Assembly: GCA_030390025.1 (NCBI GenBank)
Contig: CM059432.1
Span: forward strand, 46,068,001-46,132,000
DNA: 64,000 bases
Direction of reading: 5' to 3'
Origin: Squalus acanthias
Taxonomy: Eukaryota
The notes below the pieces were generated by a model. The model was given only the letters and a program-made list of their open reading frames with translations. It was not told the origin of the DNA and did not search any database. The position numbers and the translations under genes are program-made. This document shows, piece by piece, positions 24,318 to 35,860 of the stretch (its first letter is position 1; each line of letters opens with the position of its first letter).

Positions 24318-24474
24318 CTGTTTCTCTCTCCACGGATGCTGCCTGGCCTGCTGAGTTTTTCCAGCGTTTTCTGTTGTTATTTCGGATTTCCAGCATCCGC
24401 AGTATTTTGCTATCGCACTATAGAAAAGCAAGTTGATGTTGTTGTTGTAACGCCTTTTAAGTGCGACACATTCA

Positions 24475-25240
24475 GGGTGAGATCTTTGAAAGGTGTGATG
24501 TGGCAGCTGCATTCTAAACATGTGCCAAGAATTTACGCTTTGGGTGCATTTGGCGAGCCGGGCACAAATTGCGCTCAAAATTGCGCTAGTTTTAAGAAAT
24601 TTTTGTTTTACTAAAGTTTACACTCAAGCTCATTTGTGTATCGACGAATGTAAAATCTGCCATGCACCAGAGCAATCAGTAAAAATTTGTATTAAAAAAT
24701 ATTCTATGATATATTTAAAAGTGGTAACCTGGTGCAGTTTTATTAATACAGCTGTAAATACGTTTATCACAAAAAAATAAGAATTTTTAATTGGAGTATC
24801 TAGTCCACCACCTGTGAGTTATCTGATTTTAAATAACTGAAAATTACTCTAAAAAAAACTATACAGAACCATTTACTGGTTACATTGGTGTACACTAGTC
24901 AGTTTCTTAGTAAATTAAAAAAATCTTTTAAAATGTGCCTATTAGTGTCCTTCTGCCTAAAAAAAGCTTAATTTTAAGAGCATCCTCGAAGGCCCAAAAA
25001 AGACGCAATTAACCCAAGCTCGCAATGGAGATTAATTCGATTTGGGGACGTGGCCCGTTTTGTGGGCGAGTCCGGCTTCCAACGCGATGTTTTTAAACTA
25101 TCGCAAAAGATCGCAGAAACTCGATTTGTGCTGGACGTAATTTGCATTTGAAATTCTTTGATTTTTTTTGTGCTGGTTTGGCTGATTTTGGGCCAATTGC
25201 ACTGAAACAAACCAGTGCAACCTAGCGGAAACTCCTGCCC
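24475..25240. mobile_element. Possible old non-autonomous DNA element
   Basis: CpG-rich ends around an AT-rich core. The right end ggaaactcctgccc resembles Harbinger TIRs, but the left TIR is unclear. Confidence 0.35.
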
Positions 25241-25967
25241 AAGGCCTTTAATTAGATGGACAAAAATATCTTGTGTAACAAGTTGTTTGTTCATGAAGAT
25301 AACTGTTAGTTGCTGCACTGACAATGTTCAATCTATTGAGGAATAAAATCACAAGCAGTGCCAGGCTTGAACAAGAATTGCGGATACTATGTTATGTTGG
25401 GATCAGAAACTCTATCAAACAGAAGGTAGAGTGCTCTTACAAACATACCACAAAGGATTGTAACTGGTCAGGGATGGTGTAAGGTTAGATGGGTATTAGC
25501 AATTTTGTTCCATTTACCATTGAGAGCAAGGGAAACCTTGTAAAACGGATTGTACAATCTCTGGAAGAAACACGTTTCATGGGCTGAGCAACCTTTGCTC
25601 ATTCATGTTTTCAATCTTAAATGGTTTGGTAGAGTTCTATTCTTGATCTCAATTTTGCTTTGTTTAGGTTTGCTTTAACCTAAAGATTCTAAAGATAATA
25701 GATCCATTTGCGTAGTACGGTTTCCATGGTGTTTTGAAAACCAGCTGCATCATTGGTTATTGTCAGTGCCCACCTTTAACCTATTGGCTTCACTGGATTT
25801 AACCAGATAATATTTGTTTGAAAAGAGAACTTTATTAATGTTGTTATGACATCATTGTTCCTTATTGAGTAATAGTTAAAAGCCATATGCAAAATTTTGG
25901 TTGGTCAGGTTAAATGATGGAAAAGTAAATGTTAAGAGGAATTGCTCTACCTAATTCTGAAGCTGTA

Positions 25968-26640
25968 AGAACATAGGAATTATGTTTCTTAGTGGGAACA
26001 TAAGGATATAGGTACAGGAGAAGGCCATTCAGCGCCTTGAGCTGGGTTTGCCATTCAATCAGATAATGGCTGATCTATATCTCAATTCAATTTACCCACC
26101 TTGGTTCTATATCCCTTAATATCCTTATCTCATAAAAATCTATCAATCTAAGTTTTGAAATTTTCAATTGACCTAGTCTTAACAACTTTTTGGGGGAGAG
26201 CGTTCCAGATTTCCACTACCCTGTGTGTGAAGAAGTGCTTCCTGACATCACCCATGAATGGCCTAGCTCTAATTTAAAGGTTATACCCCCTTGTTCTGGC
26301 CTACCCCACCGTGGAAATAGTTCTCTCTACCCCATCAAATCCTTTAATCATCATAAACACCTCAATTGGATGTTCTATACTCAAGGGAATACAAACATAG
26401 TCTATGCAAGCTGTCCTCATAATTTAGCTTTGTTATCATTCTGGTGAATCTGCAGAACACCGCCTCCAAGGCCAATATATCCTTCCTGAGCTGCGTGTCC
26501 AGAACTGAACCCAGTACTCCAGACATGGTCTAACCAGAGCTATATACAACTGTAGCATAACTTCCACCCCTTTCTATTCCAGCCTCCTTTGAGATAAAGG
26601 CTAACATTCCATTAACCCTTTCAATTATTTTTTGTCCACT
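25968..26640 (-). mobile_element. CR1 3' fragment, decayed
   Basis: CR1 tail and LVRPCLEYWVQFW-like sequence on the minus strand. Confidence 0.85.
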
Positions 26641-27202
26641 CATTTAATCTAAGGGAATTCAAAAGTCTTCTCTAGGCATCATCAGCAAAGTGATGGAAGG
26701 TGTCATCAACAGTGCTATCAAGCGGCACTTACTCACCAATAACCTGCTCACTGATGCCCAGTTTGGGTTCCGCCAAGACCACTCGGCTCCCGACCTCATT
26801 ACAGCCTTTGTACCAACAAGGACAAAGGAGCTGAATTCCAGAGGTGAGGTGAGAGTGACTGCCCTTGACATCAAGGCAACATTTGACCGAGTCTGGCATC
26901 ACGGAGCCCTAGTAAAACTGAAGTCAATGGGAATCAGGGGGAAAACGCTTCACTGGCTGGAGTCATACCTAGCACAAAGGAAGATGGTTGTGGTGGTTGA
27001 AGGTCAATCATCACAGCCCCAGGACATTGCTGCAGGAGTTCCTCAGGGCAGTGTCCTAGGCCCAACCATCTTCAGCTGCTTCAACAACGACCTTCCCTCT
27101 AACATAAGGTCAGAAATGGGGATGTTCGCTGATGACTGCACAGTGTTCAGCGCCATTTGCAACTCCACAAATAATGAAGCAGTCCATGCCCATAAGCAAC
27201 AA

Positions 27203-27422
27203 TGATGCGGATATGCCGGTGTAAAACTGGGGTGGACAAAAGTGAGAAGTCGCACAACACCAGGTTATAGTCCAACAGCTTTATTTGAAATCACAGGCTT
27301 TCGGAGCGGCTGCTCCTTTGTCAGGTGAAGTCCTTCACCTGACGAAGGAGCAGACGCTCCGAAAGCTTGTGATTTCAAATAAAGCTGTTGGACTATAACC
27401 TGGTGTTGTGCGACTTCTCACG
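27203..27422. mobile_element. Penelope-like terminal element (family P2) with fold-back structure
   Basis: Arms about 27242-27330 and 27333-27421 are reverse complements. TSD taagcaacaa. Homologous to 56709-56848. Confidence 0.85.
27335..27372 (+). ncRNA. Minimal type-I hammerhead ribozyme motif
   Basis: tcac CTGACGA a ggagc agac gctcc GAAA gc tt gtga, with palindromic stem III AAGCTT. The opposite-arm copy (27291-27328, minus) has a mutated core CTGACAA. Confidence 0.78.
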
Positions 27423-27560
27423 TAAGCAACAAGACCTGGATGACGTTCAGACTTGGGCTGATAAGTGGCAGGTAACATTCGCGCCACAGAAGTGCCAGGC
27501 AATGACTATCTCCAACAAGCGAGAGTCTAACCACCGCCCCTTGACATTCAATGGCATTAC

Positions 27561-27788
27561 TGACGTAAGAAAACTACTAGGCACTTGGTCTAAGCATTAA
27601 ACAAAGCTTTAATCAACTGTTTTACAACATTGAGGTCAAGTTGTGTACTTCACTAGTTCCTGTTAAGAAAGTCCTGCGCAAGCTGGGCCCATGCCCGAGT
27701 ATTTATACTCTCTCTGGACAGCGCCACCAGCAGGCCGCCCAGTATTATTTCATAAGTCATTTCCACATGAATGACAAGATTCATGTCA
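27561..27788 (-). mobile_element. Short solo LTR (228 bp)
   Basis: TGAC...GTCA termini and 5-bp TSD attac. The minus strand has TATAAA (27702-27707) and ATTAAA (27608-27613). Confidence 0.8.
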
Positions 27789-28644
27789 ATTACCATTGCC
27801 GAATCCCTCACTATCAACATCCTGGGGGTCACCATTAACCAGAAACTTAACTGGACCAGCCACATAAATACTGTGGCAACAAGAGCGGGTCAGAGGCTGG
27901 GTATTCTGCGGCGAGTGTGTCACCTCCTGACTCCCCAAAGCCGTTCCACCATCTACAAGGCACAAGTAAGGAGTGTGATGGAATACTCTCCACTTGCCTA
28001 GATGAGTGCAGCTCCAACAACACTCAAGAAGCTCGACACCATCCAGGACAAAGCAACCCGCTTGATTGGCACCCCATCCACCAGCTTAATCATTCATTCC
28101 CTCCACCACCAGCGTACCATGGCTGCAGTGTGTACCATCTACAAGATCCACTGCAGCAACTCGCCAAGGCTTCTTCGGCAGCACCTCCCAAACCCACGAC
28201 CCCTTCCACCTAGAAGGACAAGGGCAGCAGGCACATGGGAACACCACCATCTCCAAGTTTCCCTCCAAGTCACACACCATCCTGACTTAGAAGTGTATCA
28301 TTGATCCTTCGTCGTCGCTGGGTCAAAATCCTGGAACTCCCTACCTAACAGCACTGTGGGAGTACCATCACCACATGGACTGCAACAGTTCAAGAAGGTG
28401 GCTCACCACCACCTTCTCAAGGGCAACTAGGGATGGGCAATAAATGCTGGCCTTGCCAGCGATGCCCTGATCCCATAAATGAATAAATATATAAATAAAT
28501 AATGAACAGCTAGTAAGAGGCAGGGTGGGGCCGATTAGGAACCAAAAAAGAGACCTATGCACGGAGGCAGAGGGCATGGCTGAGGTACTAAATAAATACT
28601 TTGCATCTGTCTTCACTATGGAAGAAGATGCTGCTAAAGTCATA

Positions 28645-29489
28645 GGGCTGGATTTTGTCAATGGGAAGCTTTTGGAGGTGGGTCTGCTGCTTGCCGGCTT
28701 TCAATCCCGTCTCCATCAGCTTCTGACCAACCAGAGGGATTTTCCCCTGATTGACCTTGTTAAGCCCGCCCAGCAGGCTCAGCAGGCCAATTAGGGGGTA
28801 GTCATTGACAGAGCACGCCAACGTATGACGTGCCATCTGTCAAGATTTTTTGAAATAAGAAATATCAGCGTTTGACAGCTCTGTGAAGCTGTCAAACACT
28901 CACATTCTGTGTAGCTTGATGAGTTCTTGTGTTTAGGACTCATCAAACCTTTCAACTTTGCAGAAATCACCTGGCTGCTGGTTCGGAGGATCCAACAGCC
29001 AGTGTGTGAAATCTACAATGGAGATGTCGGGACTCCGGCTTCTCAGAGGCTGAAGGCTGTAGGCAGAAACAAAGGTAAGTGAACATTTTCTAACACTTTA
29101 CACTTACCTTACATACTTACTACTCCACACTTGCACCCATCACTCACCTCTACATTGCACTTTCAGACCCCTCCAACCCCCGCAGACCTCCTACTCATCT
29201 CCTCCACCCTGGTGGGGTTCCCCGAGGTCGGGAAGCCTGTACTTGGGAAGGTAAAATGGGAATAATCCTACTTTCTGCCTGTTAACTACCTGTTAACATT
29301 CAGTTAATAGGCTTTAATCCCTTTCCCGCCTTGAGGAGATGGGACCCGGGGCAGGACGGCTTCTCGCCTCCTGGCAAGAGAGCACAGAGGCGGGATGGGG
29401 GCAGGTTTGCCACCCGCCCCCAAATTCTGCAACTTTACCGACAGTCCCGCCTCCATACCCGCCTCCTCGGGGCTGACAAAATCCAGCCC
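28645..29489. mobile_element. Harbinger-type MITE
   Basis: Perfect 16-bp TIR gggctggattttgtca and TSD ATA, cleanly interrupting the CR1 frame. Confidence 0.9.
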
Positions 29490-29776
29490 ATAGTGAAAAA
29501 GGAGGTAGTGGAGATACTGGATGAGATAATAATTGATAAAAAGGAGGTACTAGAAAGGCTGTCTGGGGGTATATGTGCACAAATCGTTGAAGGTGGCAGG
29601 GCAGGTTGAGAAAGCGGTTAAAAAAGCATACGGGATAATGGGCTTCATAAATAGAGGTATAGAGTACAAAAGTGTGGAAATTATGATGAACCTGTATAAA
29701 ACACTGGTTTGGCCTCAACTGGAGTATTGTGTCCAATTCTGGGCACCACACTTTAGGAAGGATGTGAAGGCTTTAG

Positions 29777-31159
29777 TGTGAAGGAATACACCATATTCAG
29801 AAAAATACACCATCCTATGAAAGAATTTTGACTTTATTAAAACATGACAAACTGGGTTTGAAAATCTGAAAGCCTCAACAATCTAAAGCTGTAAACAGCA
29901 TACAGGCTTTTGAGATAAGATAAGTTGTTGACACTGAAACAATAGCCTTGTTGGAACAGAAGGTTGGAGGTTCCTAGAAGTCTGCAGCTGTGGAAAAAAG
30001 ACAGTTAAAGTGTCTTAAACCAACACTTCAAAATGAATCACATAAATTAAAGAAACATATGTCTTCGTAAAAATGACATCAAATGAAAGACAGGAGACAT
30101 AATTCTTCATGCAACCAGTTGAGGTAGCTAAGAAGACAATGATGCACCCAGTCGAGGTGTTCTAAATGCAAAAGATACAAACAGAAGACTTTCGTAAGAA
30201 TGACATCAATAGATGTACCAGACATCACACTGTTTTTGTGTTGAACTTGGAACACCTAGGAGACACGAAGTCTGTGTTGCAACCAGCTAAGGTGATTTAA
30301 GAATTGAATAGAAGACCTTCGTAAGAATGACATCAAATAGATACTTCTGTTACAACCGTTTTTTATGATAAACTTGAGACACCTACACAGCAGAAATAAT
30401 TCTGCAAGCTACAAGCTGAACTAACTTTAAGAATAGAAGGGGTCAACAGAAAAATGACTAGAGATAATTAACTTACATCAGCAGAAAACTTCAAAGGATA
30501 TACCACTGAGAAAGAGTATAAATATAGAACTTTCAAATAGGAAGATAGATTCGCTTGAAGGGGCAAAGCAGTTCTCAGGCTTCAGAGGCAAGCTCTGTAA
30601 GTTTTCAACTCTTTAAGTCTCGGGGATCAAAGGTATTTGTATTTGATTTTGGTGGATATCCTGGAATAAACTAAGAACTGTAAAAATGTAATGAAGTTAA
30701 GATTTGAGAATAAGGATCTCTGATAATAAGAATTGTAAGCTTTTGTATTTGGAACTGTTAATGTTGCGACTGAATCACCAACTGTAATTACATGTCGGTT
30801 CTTTAATAAATCTATATATATTTTTAGAATTGTCTCAAATAGTACTTCTGTATCAAACTCGCAAACTCAATCTCTGTACACTCTTTGGTGAGGAGTTGCA
30901 GAATTCTGAGGGAGTTTTCTAGACCCTCATAATATCCGAAAGGTTACAGTCTAGCTAAACTTATTAAAAGTGCTATCTGGAGGACGGTAACATCTTCAAG
31001 CTGTTCCTTTCCTTTAGGGAGAGATATTCTGGACCTTTAGACCCAATTAAGCGTCTTTAGGATTTGGCTACCTCTAACTTTAGTTGAAGGTGAACGTCTG
31101 GGGAATACGCCTGATCCGGGGTAGCCCAAAAGGGGCTAGGACTAGTAATAATCCTTTCA
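29777..31159 (+). mobile_element. Solo LTR (1383 bp), ERV- or Gypsy-like
   Basis: TGTGAAGGA...TCCTTTCA termini and 4-bp TSD ttag. TATAAA at 30517, AATAAA at 30805, and 127-bp-spaced U3 repeats. Confidence 0.85.
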
Positions 31160-31776
31160 TTAGAGAGGGTGCAGAAACTATTTACAAGAATGATTCCAGG
31201 GATGAGGGGCTTCAGTTTCATGGATAGACTAAAGAAGCTGGGGTTGTTCTCCTTAGAGCAGAGAAGGCTGAGAGAAGATTTGATAGAGGTATTCAAAATC
31301 ATGAGGGGTCTAGACAGAGTAGATAGAGAGAAACTGTTCCCATTGGCGGAAGGGCTAAGAACCAGAGGACACAGATTCAAGGTGATTGGCAAAAGAACCA
31401 AAGGCGACATGAGGAAAAACTTTTTACGCAGCGAGTGGTTAAGATCTGGAATGCACTGCCTGAAAGGGTGGTGGAGTCAGACTCAATCATGGCGTTCAAA
31501 AGGGAATTGGAAAAGTACCTGAAGGAAAAGAAATTTGCAAGGCTACGGGGAAGTGGGACTAGCTGAAGTGCTCTTGCAGAAAGCCGGCACGGGCTCGATG
31601 GGCCAAATGGCCTCCTCTGTGCTGTAGCCATTCTACGATACTATGGTTGTATGTCTCTTTGCAACTTTCTGCTCCCATCTGCATTACTTACTGTGCTGCC
31701 TAACTTAGTTGTTGTTGTTGCTGTTGTAACTTAGTGTCATAAACTTGATACAGAGAATAAGATGCATCGACACAAT

Positions 31777-32520
31777 GGCCCTGATATTAACGGGGAGGTG
31801 TGAAGGGAGCGGCGGGGCGGTTTTGCGGTCAGGAAACCTGGAAAAGCAGGTTTCCCTCAGGTCCTGCTGAATTTAATGGCAGGGCCTGATTACCATTTTT
31901 GAAATCTGTTTCCCAGCCGCAGCTAGCCAGATTGAGAGGCTGTCTGGCTATCAGGTGGGTAGGCCTGCAGCACCAGGCCGCAAACGGGGAGCAGAGAGGA
32001 GGAGGGAGAGATCGGGGGTCGGGGGTTATCGATGGGGTGGGGGGGGCCAGAGACATTAGGGGTCTGGGTGGGACATCGATGGGGAGCCCTGAAATATTGG
32101 GGAAGGAGGGAAGAAGATCGCAACGGGCCCATGGAAGACATGGGGGGGCCGGGAGGAGATCGCAGGCAGTGGAGTACATTGGGAGGGCATCTGATCGCTG
32201 TGGAGGTTAACAGATTTGCTTGGTGGGCCGGGGGGAAGTACTCCTACTCCCTTTAGCTGTCGGGTTTCCCGATGCCCGGGAAACCCGGCCGGCCAGTATT
32301 AAAGCTGGAAGAGAGATAAAATCTAAGGCTCGCAGCCTCATTAAAATATTGAAATGAGCGACCTGCCTCCTGAGAGCGGGTTGTTCACCCGCTCCCTTCC
32401 CGCCACCATTAAAACCAGAAGTGGGCGGGTTCGAGGCGGGTTGAGTTTGGGTTTGAGATTTTTTACATTTTTACTTCCCAGATGGCCCAAACCCACTTAT
32501 TTGGGGTACAGATTCCCCCC
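31777..32520. mobile_element. Non-autonomous element of the 148-1353 family, opposite orientation
   Basis: TSD AAT, imperfect GG..CC termini and shared internal sequence. Confidence 0.75.
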
Positions 32521-32719
32521 AATAAGGTGGATTCGCTGACTGGGCATTGCTGTCAAGAAGCACTGATTGGGAAATCACCAGCGTGCAGACCTTGACTTTC
32601 TGTCCATTAAAGTCATGGATCAAAAACCAGGGGCTGCAGGCCCACAATTTTCCAATCAGTGTTCCATGAGATCGTCGTTCTTCACCTTTGCCTGATCGGG
32701 AAATCGTCCCTCATATTAT

Positions 32720-33412
32720 TGTGTTCAATAACTTCAGTCAGGCTTTTGACCTGATGTCTTATGTAGTCATCAGGAAAAAGCTGGAAGCTATAGGGGTACG
32801 TGGCCTCTGGTAACTTGCATTTTATTCAGAATGTGTCCTCCATTTCCAAGATCTGTATAAGGATAGATAGAAAATTCAGTGAGCTTGTGGATGGGGGTGG
32901 GGGGGAGCTTTCTTCTTTATTTCCACACATAAATGGGCAGTCCCAAAGTGGAGAATCAAGAAAATTAAGTGGGAAGGGCATCTGTCAAATCCCCACCCTT
33001 CGAAATAGCCATTGAGATTGCTCTGCCCCATTTGCTTCAGGTGACAGCTGTCTGCTCATGAGCTGTATGAGAATCCTTGTCCTACTGCTTCCAACTACTG
33101 GTGATATGGGCTCATTCAGATTCAATATGGACTCAATATATTTTGGGAGCTACTGCCCCCTTTAAATTTGGCCCTGCTCATTTCAGCTGCTGCAGCATCA
33201 CCAGACATCCCTCCCCCACAATGGCGGACTCCCACTGAAGAGTGCTGGGTGTCCACCAGTAATATGTAATTAGCCCCAACCCAGTGAAATGGGATGGAGT
33301 CACCATGGAGACAGACTGTGGGCAGAAGCCCCAATCTGCTGCACTTCAGGTGGCAAATCTGAGTGGAAGGAATGAGGGATAGTTGTCCACTGTCACCCAT
33401 CCTATTTGATGC
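32720..33412 (+). pseudogene. Very old non-CR1 LINE RT remnant (RTE- or L1/Tx1-like), split by about 470 bp of unrelated DNA
   Basis: FNNFSQAFDLMSY..IRKKLEAIGVRG near 32725-32805 and GMRDSCPLSPILF near 33368-33407. Confidence 0.4.
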
Positions 33413-34221
33413 AGTCAGAAACGGGAGAATTTATCATGGGAAAAAGGAAATGGCAGAGCAATTAAACAAATACTTTGGTTCTGTCTTCACGGAAGAGGAC
33501 ACAAATAACTTCCCAGAAATGCGAGGGAACCAAGGGTCTAGTGAGAAGGAGGAACTAAAGGAAATTAGTATTAGTAAAAAAAAGTGCTGGAGAAATTAAT
33601 GGGACTGAAAGCCGATAAATCCCCAGGGCCTGATAATCTGCATTCCAGAGTGCTAAAAGAGGTAGCCATGGAAATAGTGGATGCATTGGTTGTCATCATC
33701 CAAAATTCTATAGATTATGGAACAGTTCCGGCAGATTGGCAGGTGGCAAATGTAACCCCACTATTTAAAAAAGGAGGGAGAGAGAAAACCGGGAACTACA
33801 GACCGGTTAGCCTAACATCAATAGTAGGGAAAATGCTAGAGTCTATTATAAAGGATGTGATAACAGGACACTTAGAAAATATCAACGGGATTAGACAAAG
33901 TCAACATGGATTTATGAAAGGGAAATCGTGTTTGACAAACCTACTGGAGTTTTTTGAGGATGTAACTGGTAGAATAGATAAGGGAGAACCAGTGGATGTG
34001 ATGTATTTGGATTTTCAGAGGGCCTTTGATAAAGCCCCACATAAGAGGTTAGTGTGCAAAATTAAAGCACATTGGATTGGAGGTAATATATTGGCATGGA
34101 TTGAAAATTGGTTAACAGACAGGAAACAGAGAGTAGGAATAAATGGGTCTTTTTCGGGGTGGCAGGCGGTGACTAGTGGGGTACCGCAGGGATCAGTGCT
34201 TGGGCCTCAGCTATTCACAAT

Positions 34222-35860
34222 GGCCCAGAAATTAAAGACTGAGGGGTAAAAATTCACTTGGTTGCGCCACCCGTTAGCGCCTTAAGAGGGCACTAATGGG
34301 GCGCAAAGCCGCTAACGCCCGGGCGCAGCGATGTTTGCGCCGCTCGAGAACTTAACTTGAGATTGTGCGGCGGCGCTAAAACTTACCGCTGCGACCACCT
34401 GCGCACGCAGATTGTGACGTCATTCCATGGTGCAACGCCCTTGGGGCGCCCCGTAGCGGAAATTGAGTGGCGCCCCCTGCCTTACCGCCTGGCGCTTCCA
34501 ACGACCAGAAGACTGGAACGCTATCAATCGCTGTGGGGCTGGGGGGGGCGCTATTTAAAGGGGGCCTCTTCCTGTCTTTTATTGTTGGTGGCATTTTTGA
34601 ACTACGCATTCTGAGAGAGAGAGGGAGAGACTTCTGGAGAGATTCAACGTTGTGTGAAGGAGTTTTGGGTACTGAGCAGCACTTTGCAGGTTCATTTTGA
34701 TTTGCCATTTCTTGTATCGATTTAGCAGAGACCGTGGGAGCTGCACTCTGAGCTCTTTGCCTGGTGCTCTCCATTGTTCTTTCCAGCACATTTGATGTGC
34801 AAGTCTCTCCAGGCCGAGATTCAAGGCAGCAATGAACAGGATGTGGATGGAAAGCAAGATTAACCATCCCCTTTAAGAACTGGCCCGTGCCATTGTGTGT
34901 GTGTTCCATTGCTGACTGACATTACATGAGCTTCGCCAGCGCTCCGAGTTAGCGCCTCACTGCTCGGCCTTTGCGCCTTAAGAGAGGTGTGCAGCGCCTG
35001 CTTTAGCGCTCCACTCACCTCCCGGGGCGGTAAAAGTGAAGTTTCCCGTCAGTGCCGATAATTAGCGCCAGGCGCTAATATTTGCGTCCGGACGATATTT
35101 GCGCCCCAAATGGGGCGCGACCTAATTTCTACCCCTGAGTGTTGACGTGGGGGTAAGGCTTCCCCGCGATATCTCACTCCGCACCTTCCTTTTTCCTCCG
35201 GGCCCACACGAACTTTAGTTTCAAGGCTGCAGCTGTGCAGTGTGTGCGTGACCGAGAGACGCAGTTAGTTCGTGCGAGCTCTGGGATCACGTGATTCAGT
35301 TAGAGCCAATGGCAGCACACCATCTTTCATTCATAGTTTTGACAGGAAGACCTGTCAAAGCTATGAATAATATACCCCCCCAAAAGAACAGCTAAACCTC
35401 AATTAAATTTAAAAAAAGCCATCACATTAATAAAATAAGTATAGTTAAATAAATTAACCACTTTAAACAAAAAATTAAATTTTTGAAAAAATTTAAAATC
35501 TTTTTAAAAGTTATAAAAATAAACTTACCTTTCTTTAAAGTCTCTAAAAAAGATAAACCTGTTGAAAAAAATTTAAAATAATACTTAATTAACTACTTAC
35601 CTTGTTAAAAGAGGGTCTTACGCCTCCTTTCTTTATGTGTAAAATCTTCCATGCTTACCTGCGCGTTCAAAGCACTAAGTGCACTGCATGCGCGCAGCCT
35701 GTAGCGCACACGCGGTTCACCTAGGAACCGCCCCCTTTTGAATTCACGAAGTGCCGGTTTCCCGCACATGTGCAGTGCATGCTGGAAACTGGCAATTGGA
35801 GACCTAAAACGCGAGAGTACACAGTGCGTACTCTCGCATATTAGGTCTAATTTTCGGGCC
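34222..35860. mobile_element. Harbinger-type MITE (same family as 38277-39019) containing nested element 34243-35135
   Basis: Termini ggcccagaaatta / taattttcgggcc and TSD AAT. Confidence 0.9.
34243..35135. mobile_element. GCGC-rich Harbinger deletion derivative
   Basis: TIR ggggtaaaaatt / aatttctacccc and TSD TGA. Reverse homolog of 55532-56423. Confidence 0.9.

Larger units (their letters stand above)
23732..24414. mobile_element. Penelope-like element terminus (family P1) forming a palindrome of about 320-bp arms
   Basis: Arms 23732-24050 and 24064-24382 are near-perfect reverse complements. 17-bp TSD gcactatagaaaagcaa at 23716-23732 / 24415-24431. Hammerhead motif in each arm. Confidence 0.85.
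26677..28500 (+). mobile_element. Family B LINE, 5'-truncated, carrying two nested inserts
   Basis: ORF 26690-27205 ([19 protein letters not shown]). Same 3' end as 8240-9054. Confidence 0.92.
28503..31630 (+). mobile_element. CR1 LINE with internal deletion, hosting a MITE and a solo LTR
   Basis: CR1 peptides at 28525-28640, 29490-29776 and 31160-31522, plus a CR1 3' tail. Confidence 0.9.
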
